From NCBI RefSeq assembly GCF_017994835.1, contig NZ_JAGOKC010000001.1: 64,000 nt of DNA. One strand, written 5' to 3'. Under the pieces are notes generated by a model. That model was not told the DNA's origin. It saw only the letters and a program-made list of their open reading frames with translations, and searched no databases. Below, in pieces: positions 39,983 to 47,452 of the stretch (position 1 is the first letter of the stretch; each line of letters begins with the position of its first letter). The stretch is from Aquabacterium sp. Lineage in GTDB: Bacteria; Pseudomonadota; Gammaproteobacteria; Burkholderiales; Burkholderiaceae_C. The position numbers and the translations under genes were made by a program.

Positions 39983-40636
39983 TCAAGCACGACGACGGCT
40001 GACTCCGACTGCGCCAAGAAGGCCCAAACCGAGCAACGCCAAGCTGGTGGGCTCAGGAACGGAATGGTCTCCACCAGTCAGAATGAAACCCGCGCTGGTA
40101 CCTGTGTGAAATTGATTGCTTTGCTGCAGCAGTTTGCCGCCACCACCGGTGTAGCCCCACACGGCCAGGTCATAGTTGTAAAAGCTGGCGTAATAGGTGC
40201 CTGCCCCCAAGGTCAGCCCCGCAACATCATCCGTCGTGGCGATCAACGCGTTGTATTGCAGCGTTTGGGTCGTGAAATCAGCGTCGGCAAGGTTCTGGCT
40301 GAACAGTTGTGTTCCTGGCTGCGCTCCGGCACCCACGCTCCAGATGGAAAAGTTCAAACCTTGACCCCAATACGGGGCGGGCGAATACAGGGCAACGCTG
40401 AACCCCGTGATGGTTTCGGAAGTGGTCAGCGTGAACTGGTCAAAAATGCGGTAACTGCCACTGCAAGATGAGCACCATGGGGATGTCAACTTCGTGGTGT
40501 CGTTGAGATCTGGAACCGACTGAAAAACCACTCCGGCAGAGGCCACCTGGGGCAAGGTCACTGCGGCAAACATGGCTGCGGCAAACACGGTCTTTGAACG
40601 GCTCAGAACGTTGCGATGGTTGTTACTGCTTTTCAT
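39983..40636 (-). CDS. PEP-CTERM sorting-domain protein
   Basis: A signal peptide (...VFAAAMFAAVTLPQVASA) and a C-terminal VPEPTSLALLGLGLLGAVGVSRRRA anchor. I chose ATG 40636. Confidence 0.85.
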   Translation of the reverse strand: MKSSNNHRNVLSRSKTVFAAAMFAAVTLPQVASAGVVFQSVPDLNDTTKLTSPWCSSCSGSYRIFDQFTLTTSETITGFSVALYSPAPYWGQGLNFSIWSVGAGAQPGTQLFSQNLADADFTTQTLQYNALIATTDDVAGLTLGAGTYYASFYNYDLAVWGYTGGGGKLLQQSNQFHTGTSAGFILTGGDHSVPEPTSLALLGLGLLGAVGVSRRRA

Positions 40637-40668
40637 ATGACTTCTCGATGTAAAGGACCGTCCTCTTA

Positions 40669-40684
40669 AGCAAAGACCAGGCCA
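40669..40684 (-). promoter_or_regulatory. Sigma-54 type -24/-12 promoter element
   Basis: The minus strand reads TGGCCTGgtctTTGCT against consensus TGGCACG-N4-TTGCW. It lies about 33 nt upstream of ATG 40636, with a GAGAAG Shine-Dalgarno in between. Confidence 0.45.
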
Positions 40685-40858
40685 CACACCACACGCCATA
40701 TGCGACAACCACTTACGTCATTTTCAATGGTCACCCAGATGCAAACTGTCAACTTTTCCGACATCTGGTGTGCCAACAACAACGTGTGGTTGCGGGCCAT
40801 TCGAGCAGACTTCAGGAGTGGAGCGAGCAACGGACCTCGTTGCCCGACGACGCACAAA

Positions 40859-40894
40859 CAAAAAAGGACTTGGCTGTGACGCTAAGTCCTTTTT
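40859..40894 (-). terminator. Rho-independent terminator after tRNA-Lys(CUU)
   Basis: The minus strand reads AAGGACTT-(12 nt)-AAGTCCTT-tttt. A second hairpin (TCAACGCT-caa-AGCGTTGA, about 40897-40915) immediately follows the tRNA. Confidence 0.7.
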
Positions 40895-40920
40895 GCTCAA
40901 CGCTTTGAGCGTTGAAAATT

Positions 40921-40996
40921 TGGTGGGCCCTGAGTGACTCGAACACTCGACCAACGGATTAAGAGTCCGCTGCTCTACCAACTGAGCTAAGAGCCC
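40921..40996 (-). tRNA. tRNA-Lys, anticodon CTT
   Basis: The 76-nt sequence is GGGCTCTTAGCTCAGTTGGTAGAGCAGCGGACTCTTAATCCGTTGGTCGAGTGTTCGAGTCACTCAGGGCCCACCA. The cloverleaf folds by eye, the anticodon loop is CTCTTAA, and CCA is encoded. Confidence 0.93.
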
Positions 40997-41055
40997 GCAC
41001 CTTGTATCTTCTTGGCGAAGATTGCCTGGCAATTGACTGCCCGGCGAAGACTTCA

Positions 41056-41085
41056 ATTATATACACAAAACTCGTGCTGAATCAA
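41056..41085 (-). promoter_or_regulatory. Sigma-70-like promoter (TTGATT-18 nt-TATAAT) upstream of tRNA-Lys(CUU)
   Basis: Read on the minus strand within an AT-rich 160-bp spacer. The -10 box lies about 60 nt before the tRNA 5' end. Confidence 0.45.
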
Positions 41086-41199
41086 GTCTTCTATCAAAAT
41101 TTTCGTCAATCGAATCGTCTCTGATCTGCCTTCAGCGCAGAGCGTCGGAGGGAGAAGGGCAGGATTCTACACACAAAATCTGGCTGGTCGCACGCCACA

Positions 41200-42870
41200 T
41201 CAGGCCATCAACAACTGCCCCGGTGCTGGCCGGCCCGTCAACATCTCGATCTCCTCCCCCAGAACGCTTGATTCAGCCGCCAAGGCCGTGATCTCTTCGT
41301 CAAGTGCCAGCGCATGGGTGCGCGCCACTTCTTCAAGGTGCCCTGAACGTGCCTGGCTGAGTTGGTGCAATTCGTAGCGCGCATCGCGCCGCAGTTCATT
41401 GAGGGCGTCGAGCATCAGCACAATCTGCAACTGCAAGGTCTCGAACAGTTTGCGCAGGTTGGCCGTCTCGATGGAGTCGCTGAAATCAAGATGCCCCCAG
41501 CCCTGCTTGAGCAAAAAACCATTGGGGTCCTGTGCAATGTCGCGCAGGCGTTGCACATCGCCACTGTCGCGTGCACGGTTGATCTCACTGGTCAGTTGCT
41601 GAAAGATGGCCAGCTTGGCAGCATCGTGGGCAAAGCGGTCGGGGTGGAACAGCCGCACCAGCTTGCGCCACAAACTCTTGAGTTCGCGGGCCTCGTCTTC
41701 GGGCAAGTCCTTTTGCTCGGCGGCCTCACATGCCACCTGCTCGTACTCGGCATCCGATTGGTGCCAGGCCTCCTCGCACTGACGGGCCACGGCTTCGGCT
41801 GCGTCTTCGCCGTCGTACAGGAGTGCATCCAGATACTGGCGACGGTAACTCACCACCAGGCGCAAGCGGTCGCGTTGTTGGTAGTGCGGTCGCAGCAGTC
41901 CGAACAGGCGCGCCTGGGTGACGTCCACTTCATGACGCTCCTGGGTGTAGCGGGCCTCCAGGTCGGCCAGCCGAACACGCGCCGATGCAATCAGTGCTTT
42001 GAGCGCATCACCCTCGGGCTTGACGAACACCAGCACACCGCTCTGGACGCCCTCGGCAGCGGTGGGCTCACCTTGTGCACCCCGGGTGCTGATCGCTGCC
42101 TCCATCTGGGCCAGCGCTTCATCGACGGCGGGGGCAGGTTCGGTCAGTTGCGCCAGATACCAGCGCCCCATGCTGGCCGAGCGCGGGCTGGAGGAACCCG
42201 CCAACCAGGCCAGCCAGTCACGCAAGCCTGGGTCTTGCAGCGCTTCGCGAAAATGCCGCCCTTTGAACTCGCCAAAGGCCAACCGTGACGGGTACCAGGG
42301 TGCCTGTGCATGCTCACACAGTGCATGCCAGCTGATCAACCCACGACGCTCGGCGAGTGGCTGCAGCACGGTGCCCAACAGGTCCACGGCGGTTTCGACT
42401 TCGCCAAGGACCGAATCAGGCGTGCGCTCGGGCAAGCGGTAGTACTGCCTGAGGGTTTGCAACTTGCCACTGAGCACAGGTACCGGATCGAGCAGGCGTT
42501 GCGCCAGTCGGAGTGCGCAGAAACCTTCGGTGCCGATGGGGGCAATGCCCAAACGCGCCCATTCAGGTTGCAAGGATCGGTGCAGGGTCTGTGGCAGGTC
42601 GAACGCCACCCATGGCAGCGCCTGGGTGTACTGGGCCAGTTCGCGGTACACCTGCTGTGGGGGCTCGCCATCACGCTCGATGAGGGCGCGATCCAGGCCA
42701 TGCACGCGGGAGCGCTCCTGGTTCATGTCGGAGCCGTGGTTGATCAATCGCCGGAAGGATGGGCCGTGGGGCAACCAGCCACGCATGCGCTGCGCAGCCA
42801 CTTCCACCACCACAGGCGAGCTCAGGCCAGCTGTTTCAACGTCGATCAGCACCCAGTCGTGGTCGTTCAT
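41200..42870 (-). CDS. Exonuclease-like (DEDD fold) / coiled-coil / J-domain fusion protein
   Basis: A 556-aa protein from ATG 42870. N-terminal WVLIDVETAGL is the ExoI motif. FGEFKGRHFREALQDPGLRDWLAWL is a DUF3820/ExoX-C-like motif. The J-domain reads LKSLWRKLVRLFHPDRF...AIFQQLTSEINRARDSGD, with HPD at 41638-41646. The ORF track starts at 42939. Confidence 0.8.
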   Translation of the reverse strand: MNDHDWVLIDVETAGLSSPVVVEVAAQRMRGWLPHGPSFRRLINHGSDMNQERSRVHGLDRALIERDGEPPQQVYRELAQYTQALPWVAFDLPQTLHRSLQPEWARLGIAPIGTEGFCALRLAQRLLDPVPVLSGKLQTLRQYYRLPERTPDSVLGEVETAVDLLGTVLQPLAERRGLISWHALCEHAQAPWYPSRLAFGEFKGRHFREALQDPGLRDWLAWLAGSSSPRSASMGRWYLAQLTEPAPAVDEALAQMEAAISTRGAQGEPTAAEGVQSGVLVFVKPEGDALKALIASARVRLADLEARYTQERHEVDVTQARLFGLLRPHYQQRDRLRLVVSYRRQYLDALLYDGEDAAEAVARQCEEAWHQSDAEYEQVACEAAEQKDLPEDEARELKSLWRKLVRLFHPDRFAHDAAKLAIFQQLTSEINRARDSGDVQRLRDIAQDPNGFLLKQGWGHLDFSDSIETANLRKLFETLQLQIVLMLDALNELRRDARYELHQLSQARSGHLEEVARTHALALDEEITALAAESSVLGEEIEMLTGRPAPGQLLMA

Positions 42871-42883
42871 GCACGCACCATTT

Positions 42884-44605
42884 TCAGCGACGCCGACCCG
42901 GCGGGATGCCCAGCAATCCCACGGTGGGGTCGGCTGCAAACACCCCCAACTGGGACAGGTTGCGGATGTCCAGCACGGTCAGGCGGTTGTCGCCACAGTC
43001 GAGCAAGGTGAGTTGTGGCACGGCGGGCAGGTTGAGTGCGATCAGCTGGTTGCCCCGACACCAGAGCTTGGACAGGCGTGGCACCCCCATCAGCGCCAGT
43101 TGGCGCAATTGGTTGTGGGCGCAGCCCAGCAGGGTCAGCGCCGATACGGCCGACAGGTCGAGCATGCACAAGGCATTGTGGTCACAGGCAAGCGCACTGA
43201 GCGCGGGGACGCGTGACAGGTCAAGCTGCGTCAGGCGATTGTGCCGACACCAAAGCTCGGTGAGGTTGGGCAGATCGCCGAGTTGCAGCGAGGCAATCTG
43301 GTTGTTGTCACACACCAGCAGGCTCAGGGACTGCAGGGTGGACACGTCGAGCCGGGTGATGTGGTTGTCGGCACACCACAGCTTGGTCAGCGCTGGCACA
43401 GCTTCGGCTGCCAGCATCATCAGACGGTTGCTGCTGCAGTCGAGCAGATGCAGGTTCGGCACCGCTGCAAGCGCCAGCACGGTGAGCTGGTTTTCACGGC
43501 ACCACAACTCGTGCAACTGGGGCACGGGCGAGAGATCGAGCTGCGTGAGGTCGTTGTGGTTGCAGCTCAGCATGGTCAACTGCGGCACAGCCGCGAGGTC
43601 CAGCTGGCTCAGTTGGTTGTGGTCGCAGGCCAGCGACAACAGTCCTGGCACCGCCGCGAGGTCAATCTGGGTCAAGAGGTTGTGCCGACACCAGAGCTCG
43701 GTCAGGCGGGGGACGCTTGCAAGATCGAGTTCGCGCAGGTGGTTGTGGTTGCAATTGAGCACCCGCAAACCCGGCATCGCTGCCAGAGGCAGGCGCGTGA
43801 GCTGGTTGCCGCGACACCACAGCTCGCTGAGGGTCGATGCCTCAGGGAGTTGCAAGGCGCTGAGGCGGTTGTAGTCGCACACCAGCAGATTCAGTTGTGC
43901 AAGGTCGGACAGATCGAGCTCTGTCAGCTGGTTTTCCTGGCACCACAGGGTGGTCAAGGCGGACAGACCTGTCAGCTTGAGCTCGCTCAACTGGTTGTTG
44001 TCGCACGCCAGGGTGGTCAGGGCGGGCGCTGCGGACAGGTCCAGGTCGATCAGCTCGTTGTAGGCGCAGAACAGGCGGGTCAAGGCGGGCGCGGTGTGCA
44101 GCTGCAAGTCGGTCAAACCCACACGGTTGCACCACAGAAAATCAAGCCGTGGCAAACGGATGGACAGTTTGCGGGGCGTGAGGGCCGTGCTGGGCTTGAA
44201 ACCGAGGCGGCGAATCTGCAGCCCATCGACCCATTCAAAGTGGGCCAGGGGCAAGGCGTCGAAGTCCCACACCAGGCTGGTGATCGCGCCGTTGTCGAGG
44301 ACAAACGCCAGCGCTTCACCGTGCGCGTTGTCGATGCAGGCCTGGGCCAGGCGCTGCAAGACTTCTTCTGGCGACAAGGCCAGGGCTTGTGCCCACATCA
44401 GCACCTGACGGTGATCGGCCTCACGCAACTTGTGCTCGCCAACCTGGTGCGTAGGCTGGTCGTGCAAAGCTTGCTGCGCACGCGCCACCGCCAGCACGCC
44501 TGATGTCATGCGCATCAGGATGCCGCGCGCAGCGCCGTCGGAGGTGGCCAGTTGGCCAGACGGTCGGCTGATCAGAGAGCGAGCTTCTTCGTTGTCAATC
44601 ATCAC
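42884..44605 (-). CDS. Leucine-rich repeat protein (19 x 21 aa), no signal peptide
   Basis: A 573-aa protein: residues 1-153 are unrecognised, then 19 in-register repeats of LxxLxCxxNxLxxLDLxxxPx. The start is GTG 44605 or ATG 44602. Confidence 0.88.
   Translation of the reverse strand: MMIDNEEARSLISRPSGQLATSDGAARGILMRMTSGVLAVARAQQALHDQPTHQVGEHKLREADHRQVLMWAQALALSPEEVLQRLAQACIDNAHGEALAFVLDNGAITSLVWDFDALPLAHFEWVDGLQIRRLGFKPSTALTPRKLSIRLPRLDFLWCNRVGLTDLQLHTAPALTRLFCAYNELIDLDLSAAPALTTLACDNNQLSELKLTGLSALTTLWCQENQLTELDLSDLAQLNLLVCDYNRLSALQLPEASTLSELWCRGNQLTRLPLAAMPGLRVLNCNHNHLRELDLASVPRLTELWCRHNLLTQIDLAAVPGLLSLACDHNQLSQLDLAAVPQLTMLSCNHNDLTQLDLSPVPQLHELWCRENQLTVLALAAVPNLHLLDCSSNRLMMLAAEAVPALTKLWCADNHITRLDVSTLQSLSLLVCDNNQIASLQLGDLPNLTELWCRHNRLTQLDLSRVPALSALACDHNALCMLDLSAVSALTLLGCAHNQLRQLALMGVPRLSKLWCRGNQLIALNLPAVPQLTLLDCGDNRLTVLDIRNLSQLGVFAADPTVGLLGIPPGRRR
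42950..44146 (-). repeat. Tandem 63-bp coding periodicity (LRR array)
   Basis: There are 19 consecutive 21-codon units. The periodicity also produces long shadow ORFs on the plus strand. Confidence 0.9.
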
Positions 44606-44774
44606 GACTCAAACAGGGGCGATGGCAGCGTGAACGGGGCGCATCGCCCAGCCCGAATGCTTCAGAGTTTAAGCGCTGTTGTCGTGCCTGAAATGAGGAT
44701 CTGCAGCGGGCATTTGCGCACATCTGCACGCTTGCCAGGGCTGCGCCACACGTCGAATCGCTTACCCTTGCGGC

Positions 44775-44996
44775 ATGTCTGCCAGCCTTACACCTTCCAG
44801 TCCGTGCGCGAACCTGTGCCCCCTGTGCGGTCAAACCAACGCCTGCGCTCAGGCACAGGGCGGCTCGGCCGACTCACCTTGCTGGTGCAGCACTGTGCGC
44901 TTCAGCCCCACCTTGCTGGCACGCGTGCCCGAAGCCCAACGGGGGGTGAGCTGCATTTGCGAGGCCTGTGCACGCGCTGCAGCTCAGACTGAGTGA
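44775..44996 (+). CDS. Cysteine-rich CWC family protein
   Basis: A 73-aa protein: CANLCPLCGQTNAC...SPCWCSTVRF...VSCICEAC. Confidence 0.7.
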   Translation: MSASLTPSSPCANLCPLCGQTNACAQAQGGSADSPCWCSTVRFSPTLLARVPEAQRGVSCICEACARAAAQTE

Positions 44997-45008
44997 GCGT
45001 CACGCAGC

Positions 45009-45467
45009 TCAGTGCGCAGCGTGATCGGAATGGTCGGCCTGACGGGCAAACGGTGTGAAACGTGCCTGCTCTGTGGCCTTGCCAGGCAGGGTCACCGACA
45101 CGATCGCTTTCATGTCAGGGGTGGAGGCATAGACGCCCGCGCCTTTGAGGCGGTTGTCTCCATCGGGTTTCAGCTGAACGGTGGTTCTGGATTTGCCTGC
45201 CAGCAGGGTGACCACCCCTTTGGCCTCCGCCGTGGACAGCTTTGCGCCAGCATGGTCGGTGACATGAACGACCACGGGGTTGGAGCGAGCCTGTTGACCG
45301 GGACCGGTGACGACCAGCTCAAGGTGATAACTGGCGGTCATGCGCAGTTGCCCACCATGCGGCGCTGTCTGGGTGTCAAGGTAGGCATCGGAGTGTGCCA
45401 GGGCGACGCCTGAGGCGAGCAGGCCCGCGAACGTGGCAGTGGTGATCAGGGCCTTGTGAAAGATCAT
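45009..45467 (-). CDS. Secreted hypothetical protein with His-rich mature termini
   Basis: A signal peptide (MIFHKALITTATFAGLLASGVALA), mature N-terminus HSDAYLDTQTAPHGG and C-terminus ADHSDHAAH, with a beta-rich middle. A GGAG Shine-Dalgarno precedes the ATG. Confidence 0.65.
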   Translation of the reverse strand: MIFHKALITTATFAGLLASGVALAHSDAYLDTQTAPHGGQLRMTASYHLELVVTGPGQQARSNPVVVHVTDHAGAKLSTAEAKGVVTLLAGKSRTTVQLKPDGDNRLKGAGVYASTPDMKAIVSVTLPGKATEQARFTPFARQADHSDHAAH

Positions 45468-45646
45468 GCTTTTCTCCGGGAAAAAGCCGAGGGGCGGGAG
45501 GCGTCAGAAGCTCTTGGTGCCGTGCTCGGCCAGCAGGGTATGCAACAGAATCAAGCTTACCAGCCCAGCAATACCGCCACGGCAATGAGGGAGAGCACGC
45601 AATGCGTTGTGCAGCTTGCGCCCAGGCCAGGAACGGTGGGCATACG

Positions 45647-45682
45647 AAAAAAAAGGCTCACAGACAATCGCCTGTAAGCCTT
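45647..45682 (-). terminator. Rho-independent terminator after tRNA-Lys(UUU)
   Basis: The minus strand reads AAGGCTTACAG-(8 nt)-CTGTGAGCCTT-ttttttt. The stem has one mismatch. Confidence 0.75.
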
Positions 45683-45700
45683 TGATTTTGTTAGATTCTT

Positions 45701-45776
45701 TGGTGGGTCGGGAGGGACTCGAACCCTCGACCAACGGATTAAAAGTCCGCTGCTCTACCGACTGAGCTACCGACCC
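45701..45776 (-). tRNA. tRNA-Lys, anticodon TTT
   Basis: The 76-nt sequence is GGGTCGGTAGCTCAGTCGGTAGAGCAGCGGACTTTTAATCCGTTGGTCGAGGGTTCGAGTCCCTCCCGACCCACCA. The anticodon loop is CTTTTAA. Confidence 0.94.
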
Positions 45777-45811
45777 CCGCAGAGCTTTTCATTATAGCGC
45801 GTTTCAGCGCA

Positions 45812-46630
45812 TCATTCGCGCACCGCCTGCAACAATTGCTCGATCATCTGCGCCGCAGCCACCATGCCAAAGGTCGCCGTCACCGTTACGCTGGAGCCGT
45901 AGCCCGCACAGTTGAGCGAACCATCGCCTCCCTGCCCCACATCGCAACTGTCTTGGGGCGGCAGCACTGCTTCGCGCGAAAACACACAGCTCAAGCCCAT
46001 CTTGCCCCGGCGCGCGCCCTCATGGCGTTGCCGCCAGCGCTGGCGCAACGAGGCCAGCAAGGGGTCATGCGTCACCTCCGACAGGTCGGCCACTTCCACC
46101 AACTGCGGTCGTGTCTTGCCGCCGGCTGCACCCACACTCACCACCGGCTTGCCACAGGATGCACCCCAGGCGGCCAGTGCCGCCTTGGCACGCACCTGGT
46201 CGCAGCAGTCAATCACCCCGTCGAGATTGTGCGCGTTCAACAAGTCGGCCACATTGGCCTCATCGACAAACTCCTCCACGGCCTCGACCACGCAGCCAGG
46301 GTGAATCTCGGCAATCCGCAACCTGAGCGCCTGCACCTTGGCCATGCCCAGGGTGCTCTCCAGCGCATGCACCTGGCGGTTGATGTTGGACTCAGCGATG
46401 TTGTCGAGGTCGATCAGCACCAGGCTGGCCACGCCACTGCGAGCCAGCGCCTCGGCCGTCCACGAGCCCACCCCACCCACACCCACCACGGCCACGCGGG
46501 CCGCACGCAAGGCCTCATAGGCACGCACGCCGTACAGGCGGCGCAGCCCCCCGAAACGGCGTTCGGGATCAGGTTGACTGGCCGCTGCCAGCAGTTCGGG
46601 GTCCGAAATCAACACGGGTGCTTTACCCAC
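45812..46630 (-). CDS. tcdA: tRNA cyclic t6A dehydratase (ThiF/E1-like)
   Basis: RVAVVGVGGVGSWTAEALARSGVASLVLIDLDNIAESNINRQVHAL. Confidence 0.85.
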   Translation of the reverse strand: MGKAPVLISDPELLAAASQPDPERRFGGLRRLYGVRAYEALRAARVAVVGVGGVGSWTAEALARSGVASLVLIDLDNIAESNINRQVHALESTLGMAKVQALRLRIAEIHPGCVVEAVEEFVDEANVADLLNAHNLDGVIDCCDQVRAKAALAAWGASCGKPVVSVGAAGGKTRPQLVEVADLSEVTHDPLLASLRQRWRQRHEGARRGKMGLSCVFSREAVLPPQDSCDVGQGGDGSLNCAGYGSSVTVTATFGMVAAAQMIEQLLQAVRE

Positions 46631-46631
46631 G

Positions 46632-47414
46632 TCACTTGGCTTTGGGCATGGTCAGCAAACGGTCGCGCGCAGCCTGTGCAGCCTCGGTTTGCGGGTACTG
46701 CTTGATCAACTGCTCCAGCACCTTGCGTGCACTGGGGTTGTCCTTGAGCTCAAGGTGGCAATTGCCGATCGACAGCAAGGCTTCGGGCGTGCGCGCATGG
46801 TCGGGAGCCTGATCAACCAGTTGCTTGAACGCCTGGATGGCCGGCTTGTAGGCACGCAGCCCGTAATGGGCATTGCCCAACCAGTACCAGGCCGACTCGC
46901 GATAGCCGGTTTGCGGATGACTCTGCAGCAGCTTGTTCAGACCCCCTGCCCCGGCGGCAAAATCGGCCGCACGCAAATGCGCCAAGGCATCATCAAACGT
47001 GCGGGTTTCGTCGGTCAACGCTTTAAAGGTCTTGCCGTCCACCGTCACTGGCTGCGGTTCAAGCAGGCGCAGGCGCTCTTCCTGAGCGGTCTGTGCATCT
47101 TTCAGACGACGCTGCAATTCGGCCACATCGCGCAACAACAACTCCTCCTGCCCACGCTGACGTGCCAGATCAGCCCGCATCTGCTCAAGCTGTCCATGCA
47201 TCTCCAACAGACTGCGCTTGAGTTGGTCCACCTGGGCAGACAAAGCCGAGTGGGCCTCGCGGTCTTGTGTGCGCAACTGGCGCAAATCCAGAATGGCGCG
47301 ACGGGCTTCGTCATCACCAAACAGGGCCGCGTGGGCGCTGAGCGGCCCCAGGGCCGTCATCATCACGAAGACCCAGGGACGCAAACGCCCGAGCAAAGGC
47401 TGAACAACAGGCAT
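46632..47414 (-). CDS. cpoB: Tol-Pal system protein YbgF/CpoB
   Basis: A signal peptide, an N-terminal coiled coil and C-terminal TPR repeats (AWYWLGNAHYGLRAYKPAIQAF). It lies immediately after pal. Confidence 0.88.
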   Translation of the reverse strand: MPVVQPLLGRLRPWVFVMMTALGPLSAHAALFGDDEARRAILDLRQLRTQDREAHSALSAQVDQLKRSLLEMHGQLEQMRADLARQRGQEELLLRDVAELQRRLKDAQTAQEERLRLLEPQPVTVDGKTFKALTDETRTFDDALAHLRAADFAAGAGGLNKLLQSHPQTGYRESAWYWLGNAHYGLRAYKPAIQAFKQLVDQAPDHARTPEALLSIGNCHLELKDNPSARKVLEQLIKQYPQTEAAQAARDRLLTMPKAK

Positions 47415-47452
47415 GAGGTGTCCTCAACAGTGGCAGGCAACGGGTGGTGCGA

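Noticed and set aside
42950-44146. Regular 63-bp tandem periodicity that could suggest a CRISPR-like or satellite array
   Set aside because: There is no repeat/spacer alternation. The units are divergent at the DNA level but conserved at the protein level and lie in one long ORF, so this is a coding LRR array.
42759-44503. Two long plus-strand ORFs (371 and 420 aa) with their own internal periodicity
   Set aside because: They mirror the 63-bp LRR periodicity on the opposite strand. The minus-strand frame gives a textbook LRR consensus, whereas these give only Q/V/G/H-rich repeats.
45504-45645. Small ORFs between tRNA-Lys(UUU) and the His-rich secreted protein: a 28-aa MPTVPGLGASCTTHCVLSLIAVAVLLGW and a hydrophobic ...GGIAGLVSLILLHTLLAEHGTKSF frame
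   Set aside because: There is no Shine-Dalgarno. One starts inside the terminator T-run. The other has no in-frame ATG/GTG outside the tRNA. The evidence is insufficient.
40921-45776. Classical tRNA-integrated genomic island
   Set aside because: There is no integrase, excisionase or mobility gene. The two flanking tRNAs are different isoacceptors (CUU versus UUU), not a tRNA plus a duplicated 3' att fragment. GC content of the cargo matches the host. I kept it only as an insertion-pocket hypothesis.
45701-46630. Adjacency of tcdA (ct6A37 dehydratase) to a tRNA-Lys(UUU) gene, one of its substrates
   Set aside because: It is an attractive coincidence, but adjacency alone is not evidence of functional coupling. 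The two have separate transcription signals.
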